Origin: a virus
Taxonomy: Duplodnaviria > Caudoviricetes
Virus record (IMG/VR): IMGVR_UViG_3300032218_001124
Span: 1 to 25,267 of that record
DNA length: 25,267 nt
Direction: 5' to 3' (one strand)
Part shown: positions 24,332 through 25,267 of the stretch, one piece after another
Numbering within the stretch: the first letter of the stretch is position 1
Layout of the letters: each line of letters starts with the position of its first letter
Notes under the pieces: generated by a model
Told to the model about the DNA's origin: nothing
The model's input: only the letters and a program-made list of their open reading frames with translations
Database searches by the model: none
Position numbers and translations under genes: made by a program

Positions 24332-25267
24332 TTACTTATTGAAGTGTGCGCCACCGAACTGCTGACGATTGACTAATTTTATCAAGCCTGCTGAAGTGGG
24401 AACAACGAATCCTTCGCCGCCCGGTTGGCCATTGATGGTCTGATTGAAGCCTTTTACTTGTTTCTCTAGCTGTCCTGCTAGATTCTGCTTTAGATTATAT
24501 ACGCTGTTCCATACATTAGTAAGAGCCTTGAGACCTTCTTGATTCTCTTTTATATATGAAGTTAATAGCATGTATTGTTTACCGCTTACTTTCTTCTCAA
24601 GCCAGGGTAAAAGATCATCCTTAGTCTGTCCAGTGATCTTATGATTGAAATAAGTCTGTATGGCTGAACGTGCTACACTAGCCATACCGTTTAAAAACTT
24701 CTCAGCTATTGGACCTTGCTTTGTGACTGCGTTTCTAGCATCACTGACTAGTTTAGCTGGATTTGTCAATTTGAAACTAAGTCCTGCTTTTGGAGCTAAG
24801 ATCGCTACATTACCGCGATTTACTAATCCGGTCTTACCGTCCCAAGGTTTACCGTCACGTTGATGGACAACTATGACAGCTACTCTACCTTTGATCAGCT
24901 TTCCTATCTCACTATCAGGACTTATATCATATGTCACTGTAGTAGGCTTGAATTGATACATACCATTGACCGTCTGTAGGGGGCCGCCATCGCTGACATC
25001 CATCAAGTCACCTTTATAGACAGCTTTATCAGTTACGGATTCTTGTAGACCTTTCCAGATAACTGCTAATTTCTTGTATAGATCGGGTCTTGCTGTCTTA
25101 GATTTTTTTACTTCTGTATCATATCGTTCCCAGTCTTTAGGGCTATAAGCATAAAAACCTTCTGGCATATACTTATCATTGATGAAGAACTTGCCTTCTG
25201 GACTAGTACCGAAAAATAATGCTATACCACCATCCCACTTGATGCTTATCTGCTCTGAATTAGTGAT
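24332..25267 (-). CDS. Ligase-fold nucleotidyltransferase-like protein (DUF6267-like); start lies beyond the right edge
   Basis: Frame stays open 33 codons upstream of 25168 (ITNSEQISIKWDGGIALFFG...); KWDG, YKGDLM, EGFVV, KLVNR motifs. Confidence 0.65.
   Translation of the reverse strand: MTNSEQISIKWDGGIALFFGTSPEGKFFINDKYMPEGFYAYSPKDWERYDTEVKKSKTARPDLYKKLAVIWKGLQESVTDKAVYKGDLMDVSDGGPLQTVNGMYQFKPTTVTYDISPDSEIGKLIKGRVAVIVVHQRDGKPWDGKTGLVNRGNVAILAPKAGLSFKLTNPAKLVSDARNAVTKQGPIAEKFLNGMASVARSAIQTYFNHKITGQTKDDLLPWLEKKVSGKQYMLLTSYIKENQEGLKALTNVWNSVYNLKQNLAGQLEKQVKGFNQTINGQPGGEGFVVPTSAGLIKLVNRQQFGGAHFNK

Noticed and set aside
170-24863. The many short ORFs in the track that overlap longer genes (e.g. 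170..505, 11030..11623, 18162..18722)
   Set aside because: Antisense or alternate-frame shadows of well-supported genes, with no motifs or expression signals seen
1-25267. Stop-codon reassignment
   Set aside because: Genes tile densely in the standard code, and TAA, TAG and TGA all end genes at sensible boundaries

Overview
This window is part of a large T4-like (myovirus) phage genome, AT-rich and read with the standard code. It holds a rearranged virion-morphogenesis region: gp4-like head completion nuclease, a tail-tube-fold protein, tail tube, an enlarged 1191-aa tail sheath, gp13/gp14/gp15-like neck and terminator proteins, a tail fibre and probable head or internal proteins. Three islands of non-structural genes are interleaved, each behind sigma70-type promoters: YubB/DUF1281 plus dNMP kinase; a 34-aa membrane protein, a 401-aa protein, a 59-aa protein and MazG; and a PD-(D/E)XK nuclease. 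The most notable signal is regulatory. A T4-late-type TAAATA box precedes 13 transcription units and lies exactly 5 nt before the ATG in five genes, implying leaderless mRNAs. Each place where an early island reads toward a late gene also carries a candidate blocker. Two are start-codon-sequestering hairpins that the late transcript cannot form. The third is a pair of intrinsic terminators written into the antisense strand of an HNH-like gene. A compact three-hairpin leader RNA, two unannotated small ORFs and a ligase-fold protein are also visible. All protein calls come from motif recognition by eye; no database search or folding program was run.
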